A stretch of 64,000 nucleotides of DNA from an uncultured Gammaproteobacteria bacterium (GCA_963797555.1 CAWCPV010000003.1:544001-608000); one strand, 5' to 3'; counted from the stretch's first letter, positions 40,751 through 51,242 are shown. Program-made: numbers and translations. Notes: generated by a model not told the origin, from the sequence alone.

Positions 40751-41041
40751 AGATGCCCGGATCGGCGATGCCGGAGATTGGAAGCTTGGGTGAACACGCT
40801 GTTCAGTTGGCGCATTCCCTGGCAGAGATTGCCCTCCGGGGTCTCCACGACGAGACGGTAATGGTTGGTCATCAGGCAGTAGGCGTGACAGATCCAGTGG
40901 AACCGCTCCGCCACCCCTGAGAGGATTTGCTGAAAGCGGTTGCGGTCGTGATCGATCCTCGTGGATCGGCTCCCCTCGGTCACCTCTGGAGGCGAGCTGA
41001 TAGAGCGCACCTTCGAATTCGATGCGTAACGGTCGGGCCAT
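40750..41041 (-). pseudogene. REP-associated tyrosine transposase (Y1), truncated and frameshifted
   Basis: MARPLRIEFEGALYQLASRG / HAYCLMTNHYRLVVETP...MRQLNSVFT...RHRRSGHL. Confidence 0.85.
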
Positions 41042-41198
41042 GGGAGCATGATGATGGTAGACCCCGCGCGCGCTCGTCGATCTCCCGCCCGTCCATGGCG
41101 CGCGTAGCGGCGTATGATCCCGCTCTGTAGCGCCGACCCGCGCACCCATCGTGCGTGCACCGCACGCCACTATCGAGGACCAACGCTCGCCTCCACCC

Positions 41199-43772
41199 AT
41201 GCGTAGCCTTCTGAGGCGCGCTTCTTCTGCCAGGCTCCTGCGTCCCGCCGCGGCCCTCACCAGCGTGGTGGTGTTCTGCGTGGCCTTATGGGTGATTCAC
41301 CGCTCCGTTACTCAACTGTCGCTTCACGATGTGGCGCGTGCGCTGCACGCCGTGGCGTGGAGCGATGCCACTATCGCCTTCCTGCTGTCCTTCGGCAGCT
41401 ACGTGGCCCTCACCGGCTTCAACGTCCTGGGCCTTCGCTTCGTCGGCTCGCCCTTGCCCTACCGCCAGGTCGCGCTGGCCTCCTTCATGGCCCAGGCGAT
41501 TGCCCACACGGCCGGGTTCGCTGCGCTCACAGCGACCTCCATCCGCTTCCGTCTCTACTCCGACGCCGGTGTCAAGGCAGTCGACGTGGGCCGCGTGGCG
41601 GTCTTCTGTGCGACCAGCTTCGGGCTTGGCGCTACGGCGGTGATCGCGGTGGCCGCACTTTCCCAGACCCAGCATGTGGCCGACGCGTTGCGGCTGCCGG
41701 CCGTCCTGGTAAAGCTCTGTGGCCTGCTTGCCGCCGGGGCGCTGGTGGTTTACGCCGCCGTGACCGCGATGCGACCCCAGGTCCGCGTCAGGGGCTGGTC
41801 CCTGACCCTGCCGAGCTGGCGGACCACGCTAGGCCAGGCGGCCCTCGCCGTTCTCGACCTGACGCTGGCAGCGGGCGCCCTCTATGTTCTGATGCCCAAC
41901 GGCGCCGAGGGCAGCTTCCCCTCCTTCCTGGGTTTGTACACCATCGCTATCACGGCAGGCGTGCTGAGCCACGTGCCGGGCGGAGTGGGCGTGTTCGAGG
42001 GCATGATCCTTCTGTTCTTCCCGCAGCTTTCGACCGCGGACCTGCTCGGGGGCGTGCTCGTGTACCGGCTCGTCTACAACCTGCTGCCGCTGGTCCTCGC
42101 GGTCGGCTTTCTAGGGGTTTACGAGGTGGCAGACCGCCTGACTACGCTGCGGGCGGTGTTGCGCCGGGCCGGTGGGCTGGCCGAGCGCATCGCACCATCG
42201 GCGTTTGCCACTCTGGCCATGGTGGGAGGACTGGTCCTCCTCGCGTCATCGGCGACCCCGGCTGTGCCGAGCCGCCTGCATCTGCTGAGCGCTCTGGTGC
42301 CACTCCCGTTGATGGAGCTGTCGGCCATGGTGGCGAGTCTCGTCGGGGTGTTTCTGCTGCTGCTCGCCAGAGCCCTGTTCCGCCGCGTGGATGGTGCCTG
42401 GGTGGCCGGGGTAGGACTGGCCAGTGCAGGGGCCGTTGCGTCGCTGATGAAGGGCTGGGACTACGAGGAGGCCACCCTAATGGCGGTCACGGCGCTCCTC
42501 TTGGCGCTGACGCGGCGCGCCTTCTACCGCAAGGCCAGCATGCGCGCACAGCGCTTCACGGCCGGGTGGGCCGCGGCGGTGACGGTGGTGGTGCTAGGCG
42601 TGCTGTGGCTCGGATGGTTCTCTTTCAAGCACGCCGAGTACTCGACGCAGATGTGGTGGCAGTTTGCTCACGACGCCGAGGCGCCGCGCGCCCTACGGGC
42701 CACGATGCTGGCGTTGGTGGTGGCAGTCGTGGCGATGGCCTCTCGGCTGCTCTCCCCGGCGCCCCCGTCGCCTCGATGGCCGGGCCCGGAAGAGATTGAA
42801 AAGGCCGGAGGTCTGGCCCGAGGCGCTCAGTGCACTGAGGCACAGCTCGTGTATCTGGGCGACAAGCACCTGCTGTGGTCCGAGGACCGGACGGCCTTTC
42901 TGATGTATGGTCGGGCCAGCAAGTCTCTGGTGGTGATGGGTGACCCGGTCGGCCGCGCCGAAGCCTGGCCAGACCTGGTTTGGTCGTTCCGGGAGCTATG
43001 CGACCAGCATGGTCGCTGGCCGGTGTTCTACCATGTGCGGGCGGAGACGCTGCCGCTCTACCTGGAGCTGGGGCTTGGCTTTGTGAAGCTGGGCGAGGAG
43101 GCGCTGGTGCCGCTGGCCGGCTTCGGCCTGGACGGCTCGGCTCGCGCCGAGTCTCCGCTACCTACACCGCAGAGCCATGCGCAACGGGGCTACCTTCGAG
43201 CTGCTTCCGGAAGGCTCCGCCTCTCACTGGCCGGCAGACTCCAAGCCGTCTCCGATGCTTGGCTTACGCTGAAGCGTACCCGCGAGAAACGATTTTCCCT
43301 CGGGCGCTTCGACCTCGCGTACCTCGACCGTTTTCCGGTAGCTGTCGTCCGCCGGCGGGAACGCATCGTCGCCTTCGCCAATGTATGGCTGGGCGGCGAG
43401 CGCAGCGAGATGGCCATCGACCTCATGCGCCAGGGGCCGGAGGCTGGCTACGGCACCATGGATTACCTGTTCATCGAGCTGATGCTGTGGGGCAAGTCGA
43501 ACGGCTATCAAACCTTCTCGCTCGGCCTCGCACCTCTCTCGGGGTTCCGCGACAATCCCCTCGCCCCGCTATGGACACGCGTCGGGGCCTTCATCTTCAA
43601 CAACGGCGAGGGCCTGTACAACTTCCAGGGCCTCAGAAGATACAAGGAGAAGTTCGCTCCCCTGTGGCGGCCTCGCTTCATGGCGGGGCCTGGCGGCCTG
43701 GCTCTGCCCCAGGTGGCCGTGGACGTGGCGAACCTGGTTTCCGGCGGTATCATTGGACTGGTGAGCAAGTGA
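41199..43772 (+). CDS. mprF: Bifunctional lysylphosphatidylglycerol flippase/synthase
   Basis: VPGGVGVFE, KGWDYEEA, MGDPVG, KLGEEA, IDLMR, YNFQGLRRYKEKF; locally scrambled frame at about 43145-43230. Confidence 0.9.
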   Translation: MRSLLRRASSARLLRPAAALTSVVVFCVALWVIHRSVTQLSLHDVARALHAVAWSDATIAFLLSFGSYVALTGFNVLGLRFVGSPLPYRQVALASFMAQAIAHTAGFAALTATSIRFRLYSDAGVKAVDVGRVAVFCATSFGLGATAVIAVAALSQTQHVADALRLPAVLVKLCGLLAAGALVVYAAVTAMRPQVRVRGWSLTLPSWRTTLGQAALAVLDLTLAAGALYVLMPNGAEGSFPSFLGLYTIAITAGVLSHVPGGVGVFEGMILLFFPQLSTADLLGGVLVYRLVYNLLPLVLAVGFLGVYEVADRLTTLRAVLRRAGGLAERIAPSAFATLAMVGGLVLLASSATPAVPSRLHLLSALVPLPLMELSAMVASLVGVFLLLLARALFRRVDGAWVAGVGLASAGAVASLMKGWDYEEATLMAVTALLLALTRRAFYRKASMRAQRFTAGWAAAVTVVVLGVLWLGWFSFKHAEYSTQMWWQFAHDAEAPRALRATMLALVVAVVAMASRLLSPAPPSPRWPGPEEIEKAGGLARGAQCTEAQLVYLGDKHLLWSEDRTAFLMYGRASKSLVVMGDPVGRAEAWPDLVWSFRELCDQHGRWPVFYHVRAETLPLYLELGLGFVKLGEEALVPLAGFGLDGSARAESPLPTPQSHAQRGYLRAASGRLRLSLAGRLQAVSDAWLTLKRTREKRFSLGRFDLAYLDRFPVAVVRRRERIVAFANVWLGGERSEMAIDLMRQGPEAGYGTMDYLFIELMLWGKSNGYQTFSLGLAPLSGFRDNPLAPLWTRVGAFIFNNGEGLYNFQGLRRYKEKFAPLWRPRFMAGPGGLALPQVAVDVANLVSGGIIGLVSK

Positions 43773-44533
43773 TGCGATTTCTGCGTTCCGCGCTGGCGGC
43801 TTTGGTTGCCCTGGTTGCCGCGGCGGCGCTTCCAGCAGCGAGCGCTACGGGCCCTGCCCATATGGTCGATATGCCGGCGGGGAAGCCGGGGGGCGATCTG
43901 GCGGTGATCCTGTCCGGTGACGGCGGTTGGGCAGACCTGGACCGCGCGCTCGCGCGAGTCCTGGTCAAAAGGGGCGTGGCCGTAGTCGGCTTCGACTGCC
44001 TGAAGTACTTCTGGCGCCGGCGCACGCCTGAGGCCGCCGCCGCTGCCGTGGCAGATGCACTGCGGCAGCGGCTGGTCGCGTGGCACAAGCATCGAGTGCT
44101 GGTGATTGGTTTTTCCTTCGGAGCCGCCGTGGCGCCCTTCGTGGTCAATCGCTTGCCGCCCGATATCAAGGACCGGGTGGCGCTCGTTGCCATGCTGACC
44201 AGCAACACCTGGGCGAACTGGGAGGTCCATGTCGGTGACTGGCTGATCAACGCCAAGCACGACGGCTGGCTTCCAGTGGCGCCTGAAGCCAAAAGAGTCT
44301 CCGGGACGCTGCTCCTTTGCGTCTACGGACGCAACGAGAAGGAGACCTCCGTGTGTCCCCTGCTGGACGGGCCGGGGCGCGAGGTCATCGCCCTGCCGGG
44401 GGGACACCACTTCGACGGGAACTACGAAAAGCTGGCGGACCTCCTGCTATCCAGGGTGCCCACGGGTCTCGATTTCCCCGCGAAGTCTGCCGTCGGCCTG
44501 TCAGGTGGAGGACCCGCAGCAGCGGGACCTTGA
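43772..44533 (+). CDS. acvB: AcvB/VirJ family lysyl-PG hydrolase
   Basis: LSGDGGWADLD, GFSFGA, LPGGHHFDGNY; adjacent to mprF. Confidence 0.85.
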   Translation: MRFLRSALAALVALVAAAALPAASATGPAHMVDMPAGKPGGDLAVILSGDGGWADLDRALARVLVKRGVAVVGFDCLKYFWRRRTPEAAAAAVADALRQRLVAWHKHRVLVIGFSFGAAVAPFVVNRLPPDIKDRVALVAMLTSNTWANWEVHVGDWLINAKHDGWLPVAPEAKRVSGTLLLCVYGRNEKETSVCPLLDGPGREVIALPGGHHFDGNYEKLADLLLSRVPTGLDFPAKSAVGLSGGGPAAAGP

Positions 44534-45169
44534 CGCCACCGGCGGAGCCCTTCGACTCATCGGGCTTTGGACCGGGTCAGCGGTCCTCGGGATGGCGAGC
44601 GAGATTCAGCTCAAACCGATGGGGGTGCACCGTCGGCGGTTGGGGTTCTTTCCGGGGGGGTGCCGCGGAAGCCTGTCCCGTTGGCAACTCCCTTCATCGT
44701 CATCGCGTGCACTCTCGGCATCTCGTCCGGCGAGTTCAACGGTAGATAAAGCATCCCCCTGGCCGTCCGTGATGAGGGTCGAGCCAGGTTCAACGCTCCA
44801 TATCTATGTTGACTGCACTTGTATGGATACCCCACTTAAGGATTGGTGATTTTGTCTCGTGCATTCACTCCATCGATTCCCCCCGCATGCCGCGCCTTGC
44901 CGCCTTCGCCCTGCGCCTCCAGCAGGCCGGAAAACCCAAGATGCCCACCGTCGGTGTAGCGTAGCAAGACTCGGCCCCACGAGCTGCGCTCGCCAAAACG
45001 AGGCACGGCCGGCGTCGTCTTGCAGGCGGGCGCTACGCGTTGAGCGGCTCCACAACCCGGAGCTGAAGAATGTACAGTGAGCGTCATGCTCTTAGCGTGA
45101 AAGAAGCCCGTTTTTAGGCGCACGGAGGCCTGACCGATGAAGGCCATGGTCTTGGGGAAGGTGAAGGGT

Positions 45170-46390
45170 TCAGGCGGCGGCTGGCAGGAAGCCGTAGCGG
45201 CTGAGGGCCTTGATCCAGCGTGGGGCGTTGCGTTTCACAAATAGGGCTTCATAGTCAGTGGCCGAATCCCGGTAGTGTTGGCCGCGCGAGAGCATGCAGA
45301 AGATGATACGCAACATCTTGTGGGCCAGAGCGATGATGGCTCGTTTGCGGCCGCGGCGCACCACCAGAGTCTGGAGCTTCGTCTGCAAGGCGCAGCGGGT
45401 ACGGCTTGCGGCATGGGCGAACTCGCACAGCAGACGACGCACATAGGGGTTGCCCTTGCGGGTGCGCCCCGATTGGCGCTTGCCGGCCGACTCGTGGTTG
45501 CCGGGGCAGATACCCACCCAGGAAGCGAGCCGCTCGGCATGACCGAAGGCGCTCATGTCGCTACCGATTTCCACCAGCAGCATGGCGGCACCGATGACAT
45601 TGACCCCTGGTAGGGTCTGCAACAACAGCAGGCTGTTGGCCTCCTCCTTCAGGCCTTCGAGCAAGCGAGCATCGAAGCGGGCGATGCGGGCTTCGAGCTC
45701 CTCGATGTGGCGCATCAATTCATCGAGGACGAAGCGATGAGACTCGGTCAGGTCCCCCTGCAGGGCATCGAGCAGCTCCTCGCGGCTCGCCTTCAGCCGG
45801 CGGCTGGCCAGGGGCAGGACCTCGTGGGCAGCAGCCCCCTGGATGAGGGCTTTCAGCATGGCACGGGCCGACTGGCCGTGGATATCGCTCACCACCACCC
45901 CCAGGCGGATGCCACCATCGGTGAGCACCTTGTGCAGCCGGTTCTTCTCCGAGGCAGCCAAGCCCACGAGCTTCTGTCGCTGCCGGGCGATCAGGCGCAG
46001 CTCGCGCAGTTTGGCCTTCGGCACGAAGGAGGCGCGCAACAGAGCGGCGCGAGCCAACATGGCCAGCCACTGGGCATCGCCGATGTCGGTCTTGCGTCCC
46101 GGGACCTGCTTGACGTGGCGGGCGTTGACCACCTTGGCTTGGATGCCGTGCGCCTCTAGGGCTGCGTAAGGACTTTTCCAGTAAATGCCGGTGCTCTCCA
46201 TGACCACCTCCTCCGGGCGAAATCCCGCGCACCACTCCGCGAGCGCCCGGCGGTCTTTCTTGAAGGCACCGAATTGGCGTTGCTCGATGTAGACTTGGCC
46301 GTCGGCCTCCTCAAGGATGGCACAGGCGGTCACTTGCCCCTGATGCACATCCAGACCGATGACACGCTTGAAGATCGCTACCAGTTCCAT
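45170..46390 (-). mobile_element. IS110 family transposase/recombinase (element about 45090-46470)
   Basis: GLDVH, VMESTG, KTDIGDA (DEDD); LPGV, GICPGNHESAGK; intact 406-aa ORF. Confidence 0.92.
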
Positions 46391-46469
46391 GTCGTCTCCC
46401 GTCGCAATACACTCAAGAGATGGGAGACGGCGGGTGCCGGACCGAGTGAGCCTGAAGGCGGCAAGCCGA

Positions 46470-46700
46470 GACGAAGCCTACATTCGCTGGATCATAGAGG
46501 TCGTAACCCCGATAGAACACGGCGGGCCGCTGGGCAACGGGGCGCAACAGGTCGCGCAAGGTGGGCACCGAGCCGTTGTGAAGGTAGGGCGCGCTCAACC
46601 AGATACCGTCCAGATATTGAGCGACGTAGCCGACGAGCGGCGCTTCCACCAGGCCCTTCCTCTCGATGCCCATGGCGGTCACCACCGTGTTGGACGCCAC
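46470..46700 (-). pseudogene. Di-heme cytochrome c (RoxA/CcP-like) C-terminal fragment
   Basis: LDGIWLSAPYLHNGSVPTLRDLL...YDPANVGFVS, then breaks at the IS110 end. Confidence 0.7.
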
Positions 46701-46899
46701 AGCGTGCTCCTTGCCCCAGGTTGCCATACACAACCTCGGCCAAAGGTATCGGCGTCCCAGTCCTGTAACTCCCTGAGGTAAGCCCCCGGCTGCAGGCGCA
46801 GGAAGGGGTTTCTCTCGCGATGCAACGGGAGGGCTGCGCCGCGTGGTGTGCAGCACAGGGACGCCAGCTTCAAGCGGTCTTTTCCGATGACGGCGCCTC

Positions 46900-47082
46900 G
46901 GGTGGACGCCCCGAAGATCTGCTTCTTCCTGCGCTTCGGGATGAATACCACATGGTACTTACAGTCCCACTTCGTGTGGCTCGGACTCTGGTACTCTTTC
47001 ATCGTGGATCCCCTTCTCTTGGCGGAGATTGAAGATTCACGGCGACCGTCGTATAGGTCAAACCTCGGTGAGTCCCCCGGTC
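46900..47082 (-). mobile_element. tnpA: IS200/IS605 tnpA 5' remnant with left end
   Basis: MKEYQSPSHTKWDCKYHVVFIPKRRKK; upstream ccgggggactcaccgaggtttgac. Confidence 0.8.
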
Positions 47083-47592
47083 AGCATGGAAACCCTGACG
47101 TAGACAACCGCGGGGCCGTTGTTCTCTTGCGCCATGGCACAGAGCCTCTCGTCCGTCGAGTGCGTGCATTGGCCGCTTCTCAGGAAGGCAGAGCGCAGTC
47201 ATGGGCCGCTGCGTCGCGCTGCAAATAGAGGGATACAGCGCCCGGGGCGGCTCCCCGTTCCTCCCCTAAAGGCTGCGTGGCTCCTAAGGAACACCGGTGG
47301 CCGACACACGGCCGACTTGTGCTGGCGAGCCGCTGCGCCCGTGCCGGCCTCGAGCAGCACCGCGGCAGCTCTCTGCCTTCTCAGGCGGCGAGCGGCTCGC
47401 CGTCGCCGCGAGGTGGAACTGGAATTATTTGATCGACAAGGTCCTCAGAGAATCGTCGAGGACGCAAATGCAGAAATGGCAGCTCTCAGGGACATTGGAG
47501 AGCGCCGGCGCGCCACCAAAGTGCACTTCGACGAACTGAGGAATCAGGCCTCACGGGGGGTGCTCTGGGAGCAAGGGATCTCCGGCGACCCG

Positions 47593-47900
47593 ATTAGACG
47601 GCTCCTCACGGTGCCCGCAGCATCAAAAGTACCTCAAGACAAGATACGCGATGGCCGCTATACAGGCCAGAATGCCCGGAACGGCAATTAACGTCACGGT
47701 CCGTTGGCGCTGCAACGCGAGCCGCTGGAGACTGACGGACTCCGCGACGCTTTCCCTGGACTTTTTGATCTGTTCCTGTGCGATGGCCTGCTGCGCGGAC
47801 AGCAACTGAATTATCTCGCGCTGCTCGTCGCGGATCTCGCGAAGGGTATCAAGAATCTGCTGTTGGTTCTCTTCGCTCATCGCAATTTCAGCCGTCTAAT
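47593..47900 (-). other. Cassette-like unit with 11-bp inverted termini, each joined to a group II intron 3'-end-like sequence
   Basis: attagacggct (47593) / agccgtctaat (47890); flanked by ccggcgacccgat (+) and ggtgtgggggg-aggtcgtgagacct-cccctctctcaat (-). Confidence 0.65.
47623..47880 (-). CDS. Small coiled-coil membrane-anchored protein
   Basis: 85 aa; Gln/Glu-rich helix and C-terminal TM; ATG about 20 bp after the TTAGAC core. Confidence 0.7.
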   Translation of the reverse strand: MSEENQQQILDTLREIRDEQREIIQLLSAQQAIAQEQIKKSRESVAESVSLQRLALQRQRTVTLIAVPGILACIAAIAYLVLRYF

Positions 47901-48154
47901 TGAGAGAGGGGAGGTCTCACGACCTCCCCCCACACCATCGCGGGTAGAGTCCGGGTCAAGTCCTTCGCTTTGCCAACCCCGCCCGCTCGGGGCCCACTCT
48001 CGCCGTCCATGCCGCCCCATGACAGCCGACGGCCACCTCAATCGCGGCCCTTGTTAAGGCCACAACTGGCTCGAGGCCGGGGCGTTCTGCCCCTTGCACG
48101 TCGGTCAGCCCGACCAGTGGAGGGCGGCCGTCGTGAACGCGCAGCTACACCCGC

Positions 48155-48547
48155 TCAGTCGTGGGAGGCCTCCCTCACGTAGCCAGATTCTTTCTTCAGG
48201 TAGGCGATGATGTCCGCGCGTTCCTGGGCGCTGGAGACCGAGAAGTTCATGGCTTGGCCCGGGATCAGCTTCTCGGGATCGCTGAGCCACAGATCCAGGG
48301 TCCGCTCGGACCACACCACGTTGGCGGATCTCACGGCGTCGGAGTACGAGTAATCGGCGACCGAGCCCGCCTTGCGCCCGTAAACCCCCTTGTGGGCGGG
48401 GCCGACGAGGTTGTGCTCGATGGAATGACAGGCCCCGCACTGGGTTTCGTACAAGAGCTTGCCGCGAACGGCGTCGCCTGCCGCGTTGGCGCCGCCGCAT
48501 GCGCCGAGCAGGCAGAGATACACTCCCACTGTCATGTGCTTTGCCAT
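48155..48547 (-). CDS. Class I cytochrome c (c2-like)
   Basis: Signal peptide, CGACH, VGP, YSYS, IPGQAM. Confidence 0.9.
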   Translation of the reverse strand: MAKHMTVGVYLCLLGACGGANAAGDAVRGKLLYETQCGACHSIEHNLVGPAHKGVYGRKAGSVADYSYSDAVRSANVVWSERTLDLWLSDPEKLIPGQAMNFSVSSAQERADIIAYLKKESGYVREASHD

Positions 48548-48562
48548 GATCGTTCTCCTTTC

Positions 48563-49927
48563 TCAGAAAGCCATCCACGCGCTCAGGAACAGGGTATTGT
48601 TGTCGGAGGCGTTGCGACCGGCCCCATCGTAGTTGTGCGCTGCACCGTCGAACTCGCTGTAGATGACGTACTGCAGCGTGAGCTGGACGTTCAGCCACGG
48701 CCAAAACGCGGGACCGCCATTCTTGTGCAAGGGCATGTAGTCGAGCTGGATGATCCAGCCGTTGCTGTTGGGACTGCCGGTGCGACTGTCTGCGTAAAGC
48801 AGCGGGTCGGTGTTGCCGTTGATGTTGAAGTACCCGAGGTTGAACCGATACGTCTTGTCGTAGAGATAGGCGAAGCGGGCCTTGAAGGTGCGCAGCGTAT
48901 CCTCGGCATTGCTCGTCTCGCCCAGCGGCTGACTGGCATCCCACCCCTGCTGCTCATGGATCCAACTGGTCTGGAAGGTCAGGCCGTGAACGTTGCCCAA
49001 GTATTGGTACTGGGCGTCGACCGCCACATCGGTGAAGTGGTTGGTTCCGCCGAGCTCGTCCCGCCCGAGGAAGGTATGGGCATCCAGCCCGAAGGTGCCC
49101 ACCTCCAGGGAGTGTTTGCCCCAGTTGTAGGGCAGCGCCACGCGCCAATAGGGCGCGGTGCCGTCGATCCAGTCCTCCTCGCTGGTGTTGACCCCGAAGG
49201 CGCGCTGCGTGCCGTTGGAGAGGGTACGGTAGCCATCGAGCTCGGCATACACCCGGTGGTCGAACAGGGTATAGCCCCCGAGTCCGAGGACCTGCTGAGC
49301 GAGCCCCTCGTCGATGAGGGTGGAAGCCGCCGGGGTGGGCGCCAGATCGGAGCTGACGAAGGGGAAGCTCCACACCGGCGTGCTGTTCCAGAGGTCTTGG
49401 ACCGAGGGGTTGTTGTTGACGGTGATGCCGTAGGTGACCGGCCGTTCGGCCATCGAGGCGCTGTGCGCGTATCGGATGTCGAGGTTGTCCCAGCCGAGAT
49501 TGTGTTCCACGCCGCTATAGGTGATCTGGGCGAACATGCCGAGGCTATCGAGGAGCCTGCCTCCGTAGAACACACTCGTCTCCTGCAGCGCCAGATTGTC
49601 GTTCGGGCCGAAGAACTCACCGGCCCCCTCGGGCTGGGAGGCGCTGGTATGGGTGAACGTCGGTACGAGCATTCCCGAGAAATGCCCGAACCATGAGAAC
49701 GCGTGGCTGTCCTTGACATAGCCGTTGAGCTTGAATTCCCGCCCGAACGGGGTGAGCTCCGGGTACGCCGTGTGGCACACGTTGCAGCGCAATCCCGTCT
49801 GGCGGGCAAAGGAGGGAATGGCCCAGGCATCGCGTGCGGGAATGGACAGGATGCCCGCAGCCAGCATGAGCAGAGCAAGGCGAGAGAGAACCACGCGCCG
49901 ATAGCCCGTACCCGACCAGTTGAACAT
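48563..49927 (-). CDS. Cyc2-like monoheme cytochrome-porin fusion
   Basis: Signal peptide, then AIPSFARQTGLRCNVCH..PELTPFGREFKLNGY; amphipathic beta-strands; C-terminal Phe. Confidence 0.8.
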   Translation of the reverse strand: MFNWSGTGYRRVVLSRLALLMLAAGILSIPARDAWAIPSFARQTGLRCNVCHTAYPELTPFGREFKLNGYVKDSHAFSWFGHFSGMLVPTFTHTSASQPEGAGEFFGPNDNLALQETSVFYGGRLLDSLGMFAQITYSGVEHNLGWDNLDIRYAHSASMAERPVTYGITVNNNPSVQDLWNSTPVWSFPFVSSDLAPTPAASTLIDEGLAQQVLGLGGYTLFDHRVYAELDGYRTLSNGTQRAFGVNTSEEDWIDGTAPYWRVALPYNWGKHSLEVGTFGLDAHTFLGRDELGGTNHFTDVAVDAQYQYLGNVHGLTFQTSWIHEQQGWDASQPLGETSNAEDTLRTFKARFAYLYDKTYRFNLGYFNINGNTDPLLYADSRTGSPNSNGWIIQLDYMPLHKNGGPAFWPWLNVQLTLQYVIYSEFDGAAHNYDGAGRNASDNNTLFLSAWMAF

Positions 49928-50288
49928 GTTGTTTCTCCTGTTATTCTTCGAGGGTCCTCTTGTGGACCGCTCAACGGGTTAGTGGGACGTTCGCGCCGTC
50001 CGGGAACTGCTAAATCAAGTTCTTCTTACCTCCACGGTCAGGCGGACTTTCCTTTCCCGCAGACCGACTTTTGAAATGTCAACGGTCAAAACTTCGGAAC
50101 AGAGAGGCCCAGGAAATGCCGCAACACCTCCCATTCGCACGCGCAACAGGTGTCTTGGGCGGCCCTCCTACGCGCGCTCGCTAGCGCCGGACATCTACAC
50201 CTTCCCAAGCCGGACTGCCTCGCTAGACAGCCGAGCACGTGTGCCCCTGCTGCGACACTGGCCTGCCAGCGCGACATGGCTCATCTCT

Positions 50289-51113
50289 TCACCCACTGGT
50301 CGATTTCGGTCGTCCTACCGTGGTGTGGCTGACTCGGGAGGACATATTCTCGAGTGTGATCAACACGGGATCTCGCTGGAGCACGGTGACGTCGTGACTT
50401 ACGTTCCCGCTCGTCAACGTCAAGAAGGACCCGTGGTCGACGAAGGTGAAGTTGTCCCCCCTGCTTGCGGTCGTCCCGCCGGTCGTGATCGAGATGTTTT
50501 GGGAGATATTTTCTCCGCTGATCGTCATGGCCCCGCTCGCCGTGATGTTCCCTTGGGCGGTATCCAGTACCGCGCCGGTGCTCCGGCTCAGAGTCGTCCT
50601 TGTCAGGTCGTAGGTTCCGTCGAGTGAGCCGGTCGATGTCCCGATGATGGCGAAGTTCTGCATGTTCTGTTGCCACTGGAGCGTTACGTTCGTGCCCGGT
50701 GACGGAAAATCGGGCGCCAGATGCAGGTTGTTCGCCCCGCGCAGAAATTCCTGACCGAAGGTAGTGACCGTGAATGCCGCCTGCCCGAACTCGACGCCAT
50801 CGGCGAGCGCGCGCACGGTATGGGGGCCATCGCCGAGCCGGTTGAAGTTGATCAGCAACGCGAATCCGTTGTTGGTATCGCCGCACACCGGGAGGGTGTC
50901 TTCGCGGATGGTGCCGTAAGCAGCATCCACCGTCTGCACGCCGTCGAACTCGATCTCGATGCGGGTCGCGCTGCAATTCCACCCCGAGACCACACCGATG
51001 CCGCTCATATAGGAAGCGGGCGCGGGGATCTCCAAATAGCCTTGCGCCCATGCCGGCCCGCCGCTCGCCAGTCCCACCGCCAACGCGAATACCGCTCTAG
51101 TCGTCCTGTTCAT
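50289..51113 (-). CDS. Secreted hypothetical beta-rich protein
   Basis: Signal peptide AWA; SGIGVVSGWNC, Ig-like LGDGPHTVRA. Confidence 0.7.
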   Translation of the reverse strand: MNRTTRAVFALAVGLASGGPAWAQGYLEIPAPASYMSGIGVVSGWNCSATRIEIEFDGVQTVDAAYGTIREDTLPVCGDTNNGFALLINFNRLGDGPHTVRALADGVEFGQAAFTVTTFGQEFLRGANNLHLAPDFPSPGTNVTLQWQQNMQNFAIIGTSTGSLDGTYDLTRTTLSRSTGAVLDTAQGNITASGAMTISGENISQNISITTGGTTASRGDNFTFVDHGSFLTLTSGNVSHDVTVLQRDPVLITLENMSSRVSHTTVGRPKSTSG

Positions 51114-51242
51114 GGGAGCTATTTCCTCCGGTGGAAGATGCTGTCGAGCACCATGTGCCTACTCCTTCGCCCGGCGGCCCGTCCGTGCCGCCGCCTATGG
51201 CGAGCCGGGCAGAAACGGTTTCTCGGGGTGCCCATCGCTGCG

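Noticed and set aside
44815-44835. ggggtatccatacaag resembling an IS1111 right end
   Set aside because: No matching sub-terminal inverted repeat found at the left end of the IS110
47119-47560. ORFs 47119-47691 and 47297-47539
   Set aside because: No recognisable motifs or RBS; probably degraded DNA
50070-50090. FNR-like box ttgaaatgtcaa upstream of the Cyc2-like gene
   Set aside because: Spacing does not fit TTGAT-N4-ATCAA
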